This document shows positions 7,981-18,424 of a stretch of 18,605 nt of DNA, piece by piece; positions within the stretch are counted from its first letter, which is position 1, and each line of letters begins with the position of its first letter. Origin of the DNA: Octopus sinensis (lineage: Eukaryota). Below the pieces are notes generated by a model that ran no database searches, had not been told where the DNA came from, and saw only the letters and a program-made list of their open reading frames with translations. Location: the NCBI RefSeq assembly GCF_006345805.1, contig NW_021824404.1, positions 1 through 18,605 of the forward strand, in the 5' to 3' direction. A program made the position numbers and the translations under genes.

Positions 7981-8096
7981 CTACACTCCTGGTGAACCAT
8001 GTTGCATAGAAACAATTGTAGTGATTAAAAAAATAAATGTCCAACTGTACCCTTTCTTGCTGTATATTCACACACGACAGATCCCCTAACACAAAC
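7981..8096 (-). CDS. Candidate internal coding exon (116 nt) of an unidentified host gene
   Basis: Minus strand: branch-like CTAAC (8128-8124), acceptor TATTTCCAG|, open frame (R)FVLGDLSCVNIQQERVQLDIYFFNHYNCFYATWFTRSV(G), donor AG|GTACTT just before an in-frame stop; non-repetitive sequence. Protein not recognised. Confidence 0.55.
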
Positions 8097-8423
8097 CTGG
8101 AAATACTTATAATACTGCTACTGGTTAGCCCAGGGTAAATCTGATGGTGGACAAGATTTATATTGTACTCTGCTATGTTCTTAACAGAATATACCATAAT
8201 TATATATATTTACACACACAAACACACAAACGCACACACAAGTAGAATGTATATATTGCACACCTTTTTATACAAGTTGTAAGGGACTACAGTTATGATA
8301 TGTCTCTAGGAAATTTGGTGCCCCCTAATCAACAACAGATCTTATCAGATCGTGGCAGATCCTACAAGGTTCTAAGTACTGTAGCAAATAAGAAAATTTT
8401 ATAGATCTGTAACAGTCCTTAAG

Positions 8424-8799
8424 GTGGAGACGCGTGGCTTAGTGGTTAGGGTGTCAGCATCATAATCGTAAGATTGTGGTTTCGATTCCTGGACCAGGCG
8501 ACGCATTGTGTTCTTGAGCAGTTCTTGAACTCCAGTCCACTCAGCTGGCAAAAAGGCCGCGATGGATTAGGGTGTCAGCATCATGATTGTAAGATTGTGG
8601 TTTCGATTCCTGGACCAGGGGACGCTTTGTGTTCTTGAGCAAAACATTTAATTTCACGTTGCTCCAATCCACTCAGCTGGCAAAAATGAGTAACGCTGCG
8701 ATGGACTGGCGTCCTGTTCAGCTGGGGAACACATACGCCATTGAAACCGGGCCCATGAGCCTGGCTAGGCTTTAAAAGTGCGCATTTATTTATTTTTTT
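8424..8799 (+). mobile_element. tRNA-derived SINE (family D, related to A) with duplicated head, flanked by a 14-bp TSD
   Basis: TAACAGTCCTTAAG at 8410-8423 and 8800-8813; A box TGGCTTAGTGG 8435-8445; B box GTTTCGATTCC; CORE-like GTGTTCTTGAGCA; V-domain-like GCTGCGATGGACTGGCGTCCTG; TTTA/T tail. Confidence 0.9.
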
Positions 8800-8899
8800 T
8801 AACAGTCCTTAAGAGGCTGAAATGGGCCCCTAAATGTCTGCAGGAAGTCAATAGGGAGTTTCGACATTCTTAAAGTAGCAGCTGGTCTTAAGAGACTTT

Positions 8900-9905
8900 G
8901 GACAAATTCAAAAGGGCTGTAACAAGTCGTAAGAATATCAGAATGTCATAAAGGTCTGCAAGGAGTTATAGGGTGCTGTATCAAGTAACAGAGATATCAA
9001 GGTGTGATAAAAGGGTATGGGATGTCATGTCATAAAGGATTGTGTTGGGTTCCAAATAGGTGTCATGTGTGAAAGGGATCTCTAACAAGTCATAAAGGTA
9101 TCAGGGTATGATGAAGGACTGTGACAAGTTTTAAGGAGTTGTAACAAGTGACATGGGTATCAGGGTATGATAGACTGTAACAGGTCCTAAAGAGTCATAG
9201 GGGTATCAGGACATGATAAAGTGTTGTGATGGGTTCTAAAGAGTCATAGGGGTATCAGGGCATGATAAAGTGCTGTGACGGGTTCTAAAGAGTCATAGGG
9301 GTATCAGAGTATGATAAAGAGTTGTGACAGGTTCTAAAGAGTCATAGGGATATCAGGGCATGATAATGGACTGTAACAGTCTTAAAGAGTCATAGGGGTA
9401 TCAGGGTATGATAATAGACTGTAACAGGTCCTAAAGAGTCATAGGGATATCAGGGTATGATAAAGAGCTGTGACAGGTTCTAAAGAGTCATAGGGGTATC
9501 AGGGCATGATACAGGACTGTGACAGGTTCTGAGGAGTCATAGGGGTATCAGGGTATGATAATGGATTGTGACAGACCCTAAGAAGTCATAGGGATATCAG
9601 GGTATGATAAAGGACTGTAACAGGTTCTAATGAGTTGTAAAAAATCGTAGGGGTATCAAGGTGTGATAAAGGACTGTGACACGTTCTAAAGAGTCATTGG
9701 GGGTATCAGGTTGTCTTACAGGACTTCAACTGTTTCTAAGGAACCTTAATAAGTCATAAGGAATTCAGAACAATTTTAAAAGACAGTAGGGGTTTCCAAT
9801 AGTTCTAAGAGGTTACAGTAAGCCATAGGGACTTTGGAAAGTTGTAAGAAAATTCAACATATTTTCAGAGGTTATAGGAACTACAAAGAGTTGTAAGAGA
9901 ATTCC
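8900..9905. repeat. 49-bp minisatellite with homogeneous core (~9192-9720) and degenerate flanks
   Basis: Consensus GAGTCATAGGGGTATCAGGGTATGATAAAGGACTGTGACAGGTTCTAAA; unit starts at 9192, 9241, 9290, 9339, 9387, 9436, 9485, 9534, 9583, 9632, 9691. Confidence 0.92.
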
Positions 9906-10009
9906 TGAGGGATTTTGTTACCGACTGGACATCCCCAACCTCCGTTCCGTTGATGTATACTACATGTGCTCTGGCTAACAAGGAATGGACCAAAGTTATG
10001 GGGAACTAT

Positions 10010-10092
10010 ATCTTTTACTCGAGAATACAATGTACTGCCCAGTCCAGAAATTGAACACATGACCTTATTGTGAGTCTTACACCCCTAACCAC
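10010..10092 (-). mobile_element. Old, degenerate SINE head (A/D-like)
   Basis: Reverse complement GTGGTTAGGGGTGTAAGACTCACAATAAGGTCATGTGTTCAATTTCTGGACTGGGC...CATTGTATTCTCGAGTAAAA parallels the heads of families A and D. Confidence 0.55.
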
Positions 10093-10136
10093 ATGTACTT
10101 TCAAGGGATATTCTCCAGCCCAAAGAGCCAAGGGCC

Positions 10137-10274
10137 TCCAGCTGTCGAAACTCTGCCAGATCAGATTGGAGCCTGGTGTAGCCATCTGGTTCACCAGACC
10201 TCAGTCAAATCGTCCAACCCATGCTAGCATGGAAAGTGGATGTTAAACAACGATGATGACGATGATGATGATGA
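10137..10274 (+). mobile_element. RTE-type 3' tail fragment with (GAT)n
   Basis: GAAACTCTGCCAGAT...CGTCCAACCCATGCTAGCATGGAAAGTGGATGTTAAAC then (GAT/GAC)n. Confidence 0.85.
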
Positions 10275-10552
10275 AATAAAGTAGCAACTAAATACAGGGT
10301 TAGGGGTCAATGATGTCACCGATTATATGTTTCATCCCCTCCCACTCTGGGCTTATTAAAAGTTGTTGATGGGCCAACCGAGAGGAACCTCCAGTTATGT
10401 GGTCACTCAACTGAGTAGAGCTGGAAATAGCAGCCAAAATCTTCCCTCAAAACCACACCCAACCTTCTTAACGGGTTTGCTTTGATTAAGGTTCTAAGAG
10501 GGAACTTCAAAAGAAAAAAAAAATCACTATTATCATTTCTGTTATTATCACC

Positions 10553-10830
10553 ATGAAGATGACGACCACCACAACTACCACCATCACCACATTTGACATT
10601 ACCACCATCACCACCACCATTGTCACTACCATCACTACTACCACCGCCTATCATGAAGATCACCACCACCATCACCAACACCACCACTGTCACCACAATC
10701 AGCACTATCACCACCACCACCACCACCATTGCCACCATCACCACTACCAAAAAAATTACCACAACCACTGCCACCATCACCACCATCACCAAAATCACCA
10801 CAACCACCACCACCATCCTCATAACCATCA
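10553..10830. repeat. (CAC/CAT)n trinucleotide microsatellite
   Basis: Direct reading; source of the poly-His/Thr/Val/Gly ORFs. Confidence 0.92.
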
Positions 10831-11911
10831 ACACCCCCTCCATCCTGGGTGCTCTCGTTCAGTATTGGGTGAGATGGATTTGGGTGAGAGTGTGGTGGTT
10901 GCATGTGGAGGAGTGGAGAGGGGGTAACTACTGTGTGTTGGGGTGGGAGATGTGGTGGATCTCTAGGTGGAGGTGTAGAATGTCTGAAGAATCACAGCGC
11001 AACCACCTACACTCATATACAGTACTTTCTCTCCATGTTCCACGTACTTTAGTCATAAACAGCACCCCACCCTGACTTCACACCCACCTCCTCAACACCT
11101 CCCCAGACCCCCGACTCCCCCAACTTCCATTCCACTTCCATCCCACTTCCTTCCTCAACCTCCGCTCCACCTACCCGACCCAACTCCCATTTCCTTCGAT
11201 CCTGCCTCCCCCACTCCTATCATCACCTTCCCTAACTCCCACCTCTTTCGACTCTCACCCCAACCTCCCCGACACCAATCCACCTCATCAGACTCCAACC
11301 CATCAGATCCCCCTCCGACCCAAGTTCCACTCCCTCCTCCATGCTCACCACTTCCACTTTACCTTGAGACTCGACCTCCCCCCACTCTTGCCTCTCCACC
11401 ACCACCTTACTCCCAACCTACCCCCGTGACGTCACTCCCACCTCCTGCACTCCCGAGGTAAACCTTGAGACACAGTGTCAAGAATTACTTCGGGAAAGCA
11501 GGGACCTAGCTGAGTAAGCTTGTAAATAAACAGACAGAAAGCAACAGGGAAGATCACTGCAGTAGCATTTTATTTTTTATTTAAAATCATGAATTTTCAA
11601 ACTTTGGCATGGAGGTCCATGACTGCTGACGACTACAGGCATGGCCCATGAGAGAGAGAGAGAGAGAGTGTGTGTATCTAAAAATCCATCTGTCAGCTGT
11701 CTGTTTCATCTTGATTTTGTGGCTGTAGTTTTTGCTGTTGTTGTCAGGCCGATGTCTTCTTGGCATTTTTATCATATTTTACCTTCATTTTCCTTCAAAA
11801 TTTCTCCATCATCGGTATTAAAGTAGAACTGCATGTAGAACGGCAAGAACTAAAACAATGTTATAGATATTCTTTCTTAACATCTTAACATTTTAATTTT
11901 ATAAAGTAATT

Positions 11912-12847
11912 GGATCTTCTTGGTTTGACTGGCAGTTTTTTAAAATAATTTCCACGTAACTAAACACTTTTAAACTTTGTATACTGGTAGAATGTGTTTA
12001 TAAAACATCATTTTCTCTTGGCCTTATTGAGAAAATTCTATAGTTTGTAAGATATTTGTTGTTTTTTCTTCAATTTCTGCAATTTCAACCAATCAATGAC
12101 GTCTTTTGAGTTAAAAAACATTCTGTGCCGTATGAATATGTCCCTCGTTTAAGAAACAGATTGGGTTTATTTACATTTCTGAAGAAAAAAGGGATCTTTT
12201 TGGTTTGACCGGTAGTTTTTCAAAATAATTTCTAGGTAACTAAACACTTTTAAACTTCGTATACTGGTAGAATGTGTTTATAAAACATCTTTTTCTCTTG
12301 GCTTTATTGAGAAAATTTTAGTTTGTAAGATATTTGTTGTTGTTTTTTCTTCAATTTCTGCAATTTCAACCAATCACTGACGTATTTGAGGTAAAAAACA
12401 TTCTGTGCCATATGAATATGTCCCTCACTTAAGAAACAGATTGGATTTATTTACATTTGTGAAGAAAAAAAGATACCCTACCCTCCACTCCTAACCCTAA
12501 CCCTAACCAACCCTAAAACAAATTGAAATGCAATAGATCGATACTAGGGTCATAATTATGGGTGTCAATTTCATATGACACCGCTAGAAAAAACTGCCGT
12601 TCAAACCGAAAAGATCCCCTAACCCTAACCCTAAAACAGATTGAAATGCAATAGATCAATACTAGGGTCATAATTATGGGTGACAATTTCATATGACACC
12701 GCTAGAAAAAACTGCCGTTCAAACCGAAAAGATCCCCTAACCCTAAAACAGATTGAAATGCAGTAGATCGATACTAGGGTCATAATTATGGGTGACAATT
12801 TCATATGACACCGCTAGAAAAAACTGCCGTTCAAACCGAAAAGATCC
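11912..12847 (+). mobile_element. Compound MITE (family E): left module x2, (CCCTAA)n, right module x3
   Basis: Left modules start at 11912 and 12192; telomere-like hexamers at ~12490-12515; right TIR ends at 12617, 12735 and 12847. Confidence 0.9.
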
Positions 12848-13331
12848 GAATGCGTATATGCTAATCGCTGTTACACTTCACCTTCGGAGAGCTTCTTCTT
12901 CTTTTGGAAAATACGTGGTGACAGCACATTCGATTCAGTGATGTAAGGCGAATTTGCGACACCGGTGTTTCGACATCATTCTGTCATTTCAGTGAAAGGT
13001 ATCCTTGGATCTTTTCAAAAATTTAAACAAGAAGGTTTGTTCTTGTTTATAGAATTCATGCTGATGCCTTTCAAATCGATATCAAATTACTATGGGCATG
13101 TAACCAGGGCTTCTCAGAATAAAAGGTACCGCCACCAAGGGGTGGAGAAAGCATGGAAATTTTATATAAGTGCTGTGGACATAGAGCAAGGCAGAGAGGG
13201 TTAACAAATGTATTTTGTAATTACCTTAATTGTCAAAAATATATTTTGAATTTTTATTCTTTATTTCGAATAATCTGATGGGTAATTTAAGCGGTTGAGA
13301 TGTTGTTTTGATCTTCCATGTTATTATGAGG

Positions 13332-13768
13332 GGATCTTTTTGGTTTGAACGGCAGTTTTTTAAAATAATTTCCACGTAACTAAACACTTTTAAACTTCGT
13401 ATACTGGTAGAATGTGTTTATAAAACATCTTTTTCTCTTGGCTTTATTGAGAAAATTCTATAGTTTGTAAGATATTTGTTGTTTTTTTTCCTTCAATTTC
13501 TGCAATTTCAACCAATCAATTACGTCTATTGAAGTAAAAAACATTCTGTGCCGTATGAATATGTCCCTCGATTAAGAAACAGATTGGGCTTATTTACATT
13601 TGTGAAGAAAAAAAGATACCCTTCCCTCCACCCCTAACCCTAACTAACCCTAATCCTAATCCTAAAATAGATTGAAATGCAATAGATCAATACTAGGGTT
13701 ATAATTATGGGTGACAACTTCATATGACACCACTAGAAAAAAAACTGCTGTTCAAACCGAAAAGATCC
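13332..13768 (+). mobile_element. Monomeric MITE (family E), 437 bp, 29-bp TIRs, internal CCCTAA tract
   Basis: GGATCTTTTTGGTTTGAACGGCAGTTTTT ... AAAAACTGCTGTTCAAACCGAAAAGATCC (27/29 match); no TSD discerned; superfamily not assigned. Confidence 0.9.
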
Positions 13769-14415
13769 AAAAGGGGGGGGGGGGAGATAATTTTAAAGAA
13801 AACGTTTGAGAAGCTGTGATATATCATAAATATTTCTGTCATCTAAGACACGTATTTTCATAAACCTGCCATCTACTTTATCTTAATCTGGTGTCGCGTT
13901 TTCCGCATCTGACGTCTCCCTACCAGCTGTTGTCTATCTCTCCTCAACATCAAACTGACATTTTTCCGTCACGTCACCGGTCTGTCCCTCTCTGAGAAAG
14001 AGAAAGAACTCGAGAGAACAAGAGGGGAGAGGGCATCTGAGCAACATCTGTCAAATGTCTGCTTATAGTTGTCGTTGTTGTTGCTGTTGCTGCTGTTGTG
14101 TCTCTTATACAGCGGCGTTCGTTGACAATTGAATCACGTTTTCCCATAATTTGTTTAAAATGTCTTCACTCTGCACCTAGCCCTCACTTTATGACATCAC
14201 CCCCCACCGTCCCTTACATCTGTTCCTCATCTTCTTATCATATGCTGCACATCTTTTTACGTTGGTCCTGACAAACGCATTTCTCTCGTGTCATACACCT
14301 TCACTTCACATCTAGCTTACGTCTTTCCATCATCTGTCATACCTTCTTATAACCCCCATCTCTCTCACACAATTCGTTCGTCTTACAGCATGTTCCTTTT
14401 TTGTTTTGTTTTTTG

Positions 14416-14547
14416 TTACTTAGCGGTTCGGCAAAAGAGACCGATAGAATAAGTACTGGGCTTACAAAAGAATAAGTCCCGGGGTCGAGTTGCATGGCCG
14501 CAGTCAAATGACTGAAACTAATAAAAGAGTAAAAGAGTAAAAGAGTA
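14416..14547 (+). mobile_element. SINE C 3' module fragment
   Basis: CTTAGCGGTTCGGCAAAAGAGACCGATAGAATAAGTACT...CAGTCAAATGACTGAAAC...(AAAAGAGT)3; internal deletion between GTTGC and ATGGCC. Confidence 0.85.
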
Positions 14548-14550
14548 TAT

Positions 14551-15567
14551 CAGTGTTCTCAACCAGAGTCCATATAAGAATTTTGGGGGTCCACACAATA
14601 AAATAGGGATCTTTTCGGTTTGAACAGCAGTTTTTTAAAATAATTTCCACGTAACTAAACACTTTTAAACTTTGTATACTGGTAGAATGTGTTTATAAAA
14701 CATCTTTTTCTCTTGGCTTTATTGAGAAAATTCTATAGTTTCTATGATATTTGTTGTTATTTTTCTTCAATTTCTGCAATTTCAACCAATCAGTGACTTC
14801 CATTGAGGTAAAAAACATTCTGTGCTGTATGAATATGTCCCTCGTTTAAGAAACAGATTGGGTTTATTTACATTTGTGAAGAAAAAAAAGGGATCTTTTC
14901 GGTTTGACTGGCAGTTTTTTAAAATAATTTCCACGTAACTAAACACTTTTAAACTTCGTATACTGGTAGAATGTGTTTATAAAACATCTTTTTCTCTTGG
15001 CTTTATTGAGAAAATTCTATAGTTTCTATGATATTTGTTGTTATTTTTCTTCAATTTCTGCAATTTCAACCAATCAGTGACTTCCATTGAGGTAAAAAAC
15101 ATTCTGTGCTGTATGAATATGTCCCTCGTTTAAGAAACAGATTGGGTTTATTTACATTTGTGAAGAAAAAAAAGGGATCTTTTCGGTTTGACTGGCAGTT
15201 TTTTAAAATAATTTCCACGTAACTAAACACTTTTAAACTTCGTATACTGGTAGAATGTGTTTATAAAACATCTTTTTCTCTTGGCTTTATTGAGAAAATT
15301 CTGTAGTTTGTAAGATATTTGTTGTTGTTTTTCCTTCAATTTATGCAATTTCAACTAATCAATGACGTCTATTGAGGTAAAATAAAAAACATTCTGTGCC
15401 GTATGAACATGTCCCCCGTTTAAGAAACGGATTGGGTTTATTTACATTTCTGAACGAAAGAAGTTTCTATAAAACTAGTTTTTAAACATCAAATGGCTAT
15501 GAGGGTCAACCAGAATAAAATAGTAATTAGAGGGGTCCATAGATAAAAAAAATGGTTGAGAACATCC
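14551..15567. mobile_element. hAT-like MITE shell interrupted by the family E array
   Basis: CAGTGTTCTCAACC at 14551 and GGTTGAGAACA at 15554-15564 (11/14 TIR match); no 8-bp TSD found. Confidence 0.5.
14607..15460 (+). mobile_element. Three tandem family E left modules (period 284), no right end
   Basis: GGATCTTTTCGGTTTG starts at 14607, 14891 and 15175. Confidence 0.92.
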
Positions 15568-15782
15568 AACCTATATTATATATACACAGGTATGTCTGTG
15601 CGGTTAAGACGTTCAATTTTTAGCCGTGTTGTTTTGCATTCAGTTCCCCAGGACTGATAAATTCCTTCAGTGAATTTTGTAGGCGGAAAGCGTGTGGAAC
15701 CCCGTTGTATATCTATCGGTTTGGTGATAAAAACTCAAAACGGGAGGATATTTTTTTTACTAACCAGTACAAGTTACAGATA

Positions 15783-15815
15783 TAGGGTTAGGGTTTTAGG
15801 ATTAGGGTTAGGGTT
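15783..15815 (+). repeat. Short interstitial (TTAGGG)-like tract
   Basis: TAGGGTTAGGGTTTTAGGATTAGGGTTAGGGTT; another GGGGTTAGGG near 15990. Confidence 0.7.
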
Positions 15816-16130
15816 ACGGGAAAAATGAAAAATGAAGAAATTAATGGCAGGAATAAGGGGCAGTAAAAAATTCAGAATTTCGATTTTTTGCAATTTTCCC
15901 GAATCTCCGTATCCGAAAACGTGGGTTTTGGAAAAAAAAAAAAAATTTAAAAAAAAACAAAAATTTGCAAGAAAATGGGGGTAGTGTGGGGTTAGGGTCG
16001 GGAAGAAGTCTTTCCCTTTCTATGTGAATAAAACACTATTGTCCCTGAAAGTTGTTTTTTTTTTTAAATACCTTCTACGGGTTGCTCGAAGCTACCTAAC
16101 CTCCTATGCTTTGATCCTTGGGTCTTACCT

Positions 16131-16332
16131 TTATGTGTGTGTCTGTCTGTGTGTGTTTGTTCCTTACCACCACCACTTGCCAACCGGTGCTGGCGTGTTT
16201 ATGTCCCCATAACTCAACGGTTAGGCTTTATAAAAAAAAACCCAGAAATTTCTGGAGTCAGTTTCTTCAACAAAACTTTTCAAGGTGGTGCTCCAGCTTG
16301 GCCCTAGACCAGTGACTGAAGCAAGTAAAAGA
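16131..16332 (+). mobile_element. Degenerate SINE C 3' module
   Basis: CTTGCCAACCGGTGCTGGCGTGTTTATGTCCCCATAAC...GGTGGTGCTCCAGCTTGGCC...TGACTGAAGCAAGTAAAAGA. Confidence 0.7.
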
Positions 16333-16624
16333 GGGAAGATAAAATAGGGACCATCCGCCATCTCTTCCCTCCCACTATTTTCTTCTTTCCTCCACCTTCC
16401 TCAAAATCAGAGCAGAAACTAACGGGCGCCGACTCGGGACGGTTGATGGCCTACAGAAAGGGCAACCTTCGTTGTGCTTTTTGAGGCGTGGTAGACGCAC
16501 TGGGATCGCTGTATAAGTGCCCTAAGGGACTACTTTGATAGGGATGCTGGTTAAATATAAATAAAGTATGAGCTGTTATTTAATAGAGCGCTAATTGTAC
16601 TCTTGTACTGGAAACGTGTGTATT

Positions 16625-17030
<406 letters not shown>

Positions 17031-17047
17031 GTATAATCTTTGTGTAT

Positions 17048-17392
17048 AGGCGCAGGAGTGGCTGTGTGGTAAGAAGCTTGCTTCCCAACCACATAGTTCC
17101 AAGTTCAGTCCAAGTATCTTCTACTATACTCTCACAAACCTTGTGAGTGGGTTTGGTAGACAGTAACTGAAAGAAGCCCATCGTATATATATAAAATATA
17201 TATATATCACCATTGCTTGACAACCAATGTTGGTGTGCTTACATCCCCATAACCTAGCGGTTCGTCAAAAGAAACTGATAGAATAAGTACAAGGCTTACA
17301 AAGATTAAGTCCTGGGTTCGACTTATTCGACTAAAGACGGTGCTCCAGCATGGCTGCAGTGAAATGACTGAAACAAATAAAAGAATAAAAGT
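17048..17392 (+). mobile_element. SINE C, near full length
   Basis: AGGCGCAGGAGTGGCTGTGTGG head, internal TA tract, 3' module and AAAAGA tail; small internal deletions. Confidence 0.9.
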
Positions 17393-17424
17393 ATACACAC
17401 ACACACACACACACACACGCATAT

Positions 17425-17580
17425 ATATCATGTGACCGAGCAGGCTATCAGATGTTGTTACACATCGCTGGTCACAATGCGCTTTTTGCCTTGTTTTAGC
17501 CTTCAAAGGACGCCACCCCGCTGGCTAGGAAAGCAAGCCGACATTCCCCACTGATCAGAGGAATGGAGCAATGTGAAATA
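17425..17580 (-). mobile_element. Probable 3' part of another SINE
   Basis: Reverse complement starts TATTTCACATTGCTCCA, like the TATTTCACGTTGCTCCA block of SINE A, then diverges. Confidence 0.45.
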
Positions 17581-17623
17581 TGTGTGTATATATATATATA
17601 TATATCTATATATATATATATAT

Positions 17624-17654
<31 letters not shown>

Positions 17655-17759
17655 ACTATTGCGTATATATTTATATGTATATACCTCTGTATAATTGTAT
17701 ATATAGACATTATGTTTGTGTGTGTGTGTGTATATACATAGTTGGTATATCGTGTGTAT

Positions 17760-18010
17760 GATAATGATAATTAAATTATTGTATACAGTGCTCAGGTGCA
17801 CCACATCTTGTCAAAAAGTGCGTATAAAGAATATTCAGTAATGTACAAATGTCTGGGAAGTGAACAGTGTATGAGTCAGATACATGCTTGCTTGTGTGTA
17901 TGGAAGGGAGAAAATCAGGTGTAGTGTTGGCGAATCTCTCAGGAAGCATGGAAGTTTTGAAGGATGCAGTGCTCCGACAACTAACAACTGATGCTGGCAG
18001 TTTGTTCCAT
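17760..18010 (-). mobile_element. CR1/L2-clade LINE 3'-end fragment
   Basis: Minus strand from 18009 translates WNKLPASVVSCRSTASFKTSM, matching the WNxLP...S...FK ORF2 C-terminal motif of CR1/L2 LINEs; followed by a UTR and an ATT/TTA-rich tail. Confidence 0.75.
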
Positions 18011-18019
18011 AGTGTGGAA

Positions 18020-18153
18020 GACCCCGGGACTTATTCTTTGTAAGCCCAGTACTTATTCTATCGGTCTCTTTTGCCAAAATGCTAAGTTACGGGGATGTAA
18101 GCACACCAGCATTGGTTGTCAAGCAATGCTAGGGGGACAAACACAGACACACA

Positions 18154-18188
<35 letters not shown>

Positions 18189-18329
18189 CATATATATGAC
18201 GGGCTTCTATGAGTTTCCGTCTACCAAATCCACTCACAAGGCTTTAGTCGGTCCGAGGCTATAGTAGAAGACACATGCCCAAGGTGCCACACAGTGGCAT
18301 ATACTTACTACACAGCCACTCCTGCAGCT
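18020..18329 (-). mobile_element. SINE C, lacking its 3' tail
   Basis: Matches the 4938-5348 copy, including the internal CA/TA tract. Confidence 0.88.
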
Positions 18330-18354
18330 ATGCAAGGGGGCCCGGCCGCGACTT

Positions 18355-18386
<32 letters not shown>

Positions 18387-18424
18387 AATAATATATATTA
18401 GATATATATATATATATATATATA

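Noticed and set aside
9192-9720. Regular array resembling CRISPR
   Set aside because: Contiguous 49-bp units with no unique spacers, eukaryotic context and no cas genes.
955-10457. Shared ~35-bp motif GATTTGGCTGYTATTTCYAGC at 955-989 (+) and 10420-10457 (minus)
   Set aside because: Probably fragments of another interspersed repeat, but too short and diverged to delimit or classify.
10403-11075. His-, Thr-, Val- and Gly-rich ORFs
   Set aside because: All derive from one (CAC/CAT)n tract; no non-repetitive domain or splice support.
11245-11291. CTGATGA...GAAA on the minus strand in the C-rich tract (also CTGAAGA at 10984)
   Set aside because: No stem II or stem III pairing; expected by chance.
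12965-13204. 79-aa ORF and nearby splice-like signals, including a strong minus-strand acceptor before 13172
   Set aside because: No recognisable protein; several incompatible frames and donors; none gives the phase-2 junction needed to join the 8096 exon directly. Needs RNA-seq.
14597-15523. AATAAAATAG direct repeat (14597-14606 / 15514-15523) as the TSD of the family E array
   Set aside because: About 50 bp of unrelated sequence separates the array end from the second copy; it may be an internal repeat of the host MITE.
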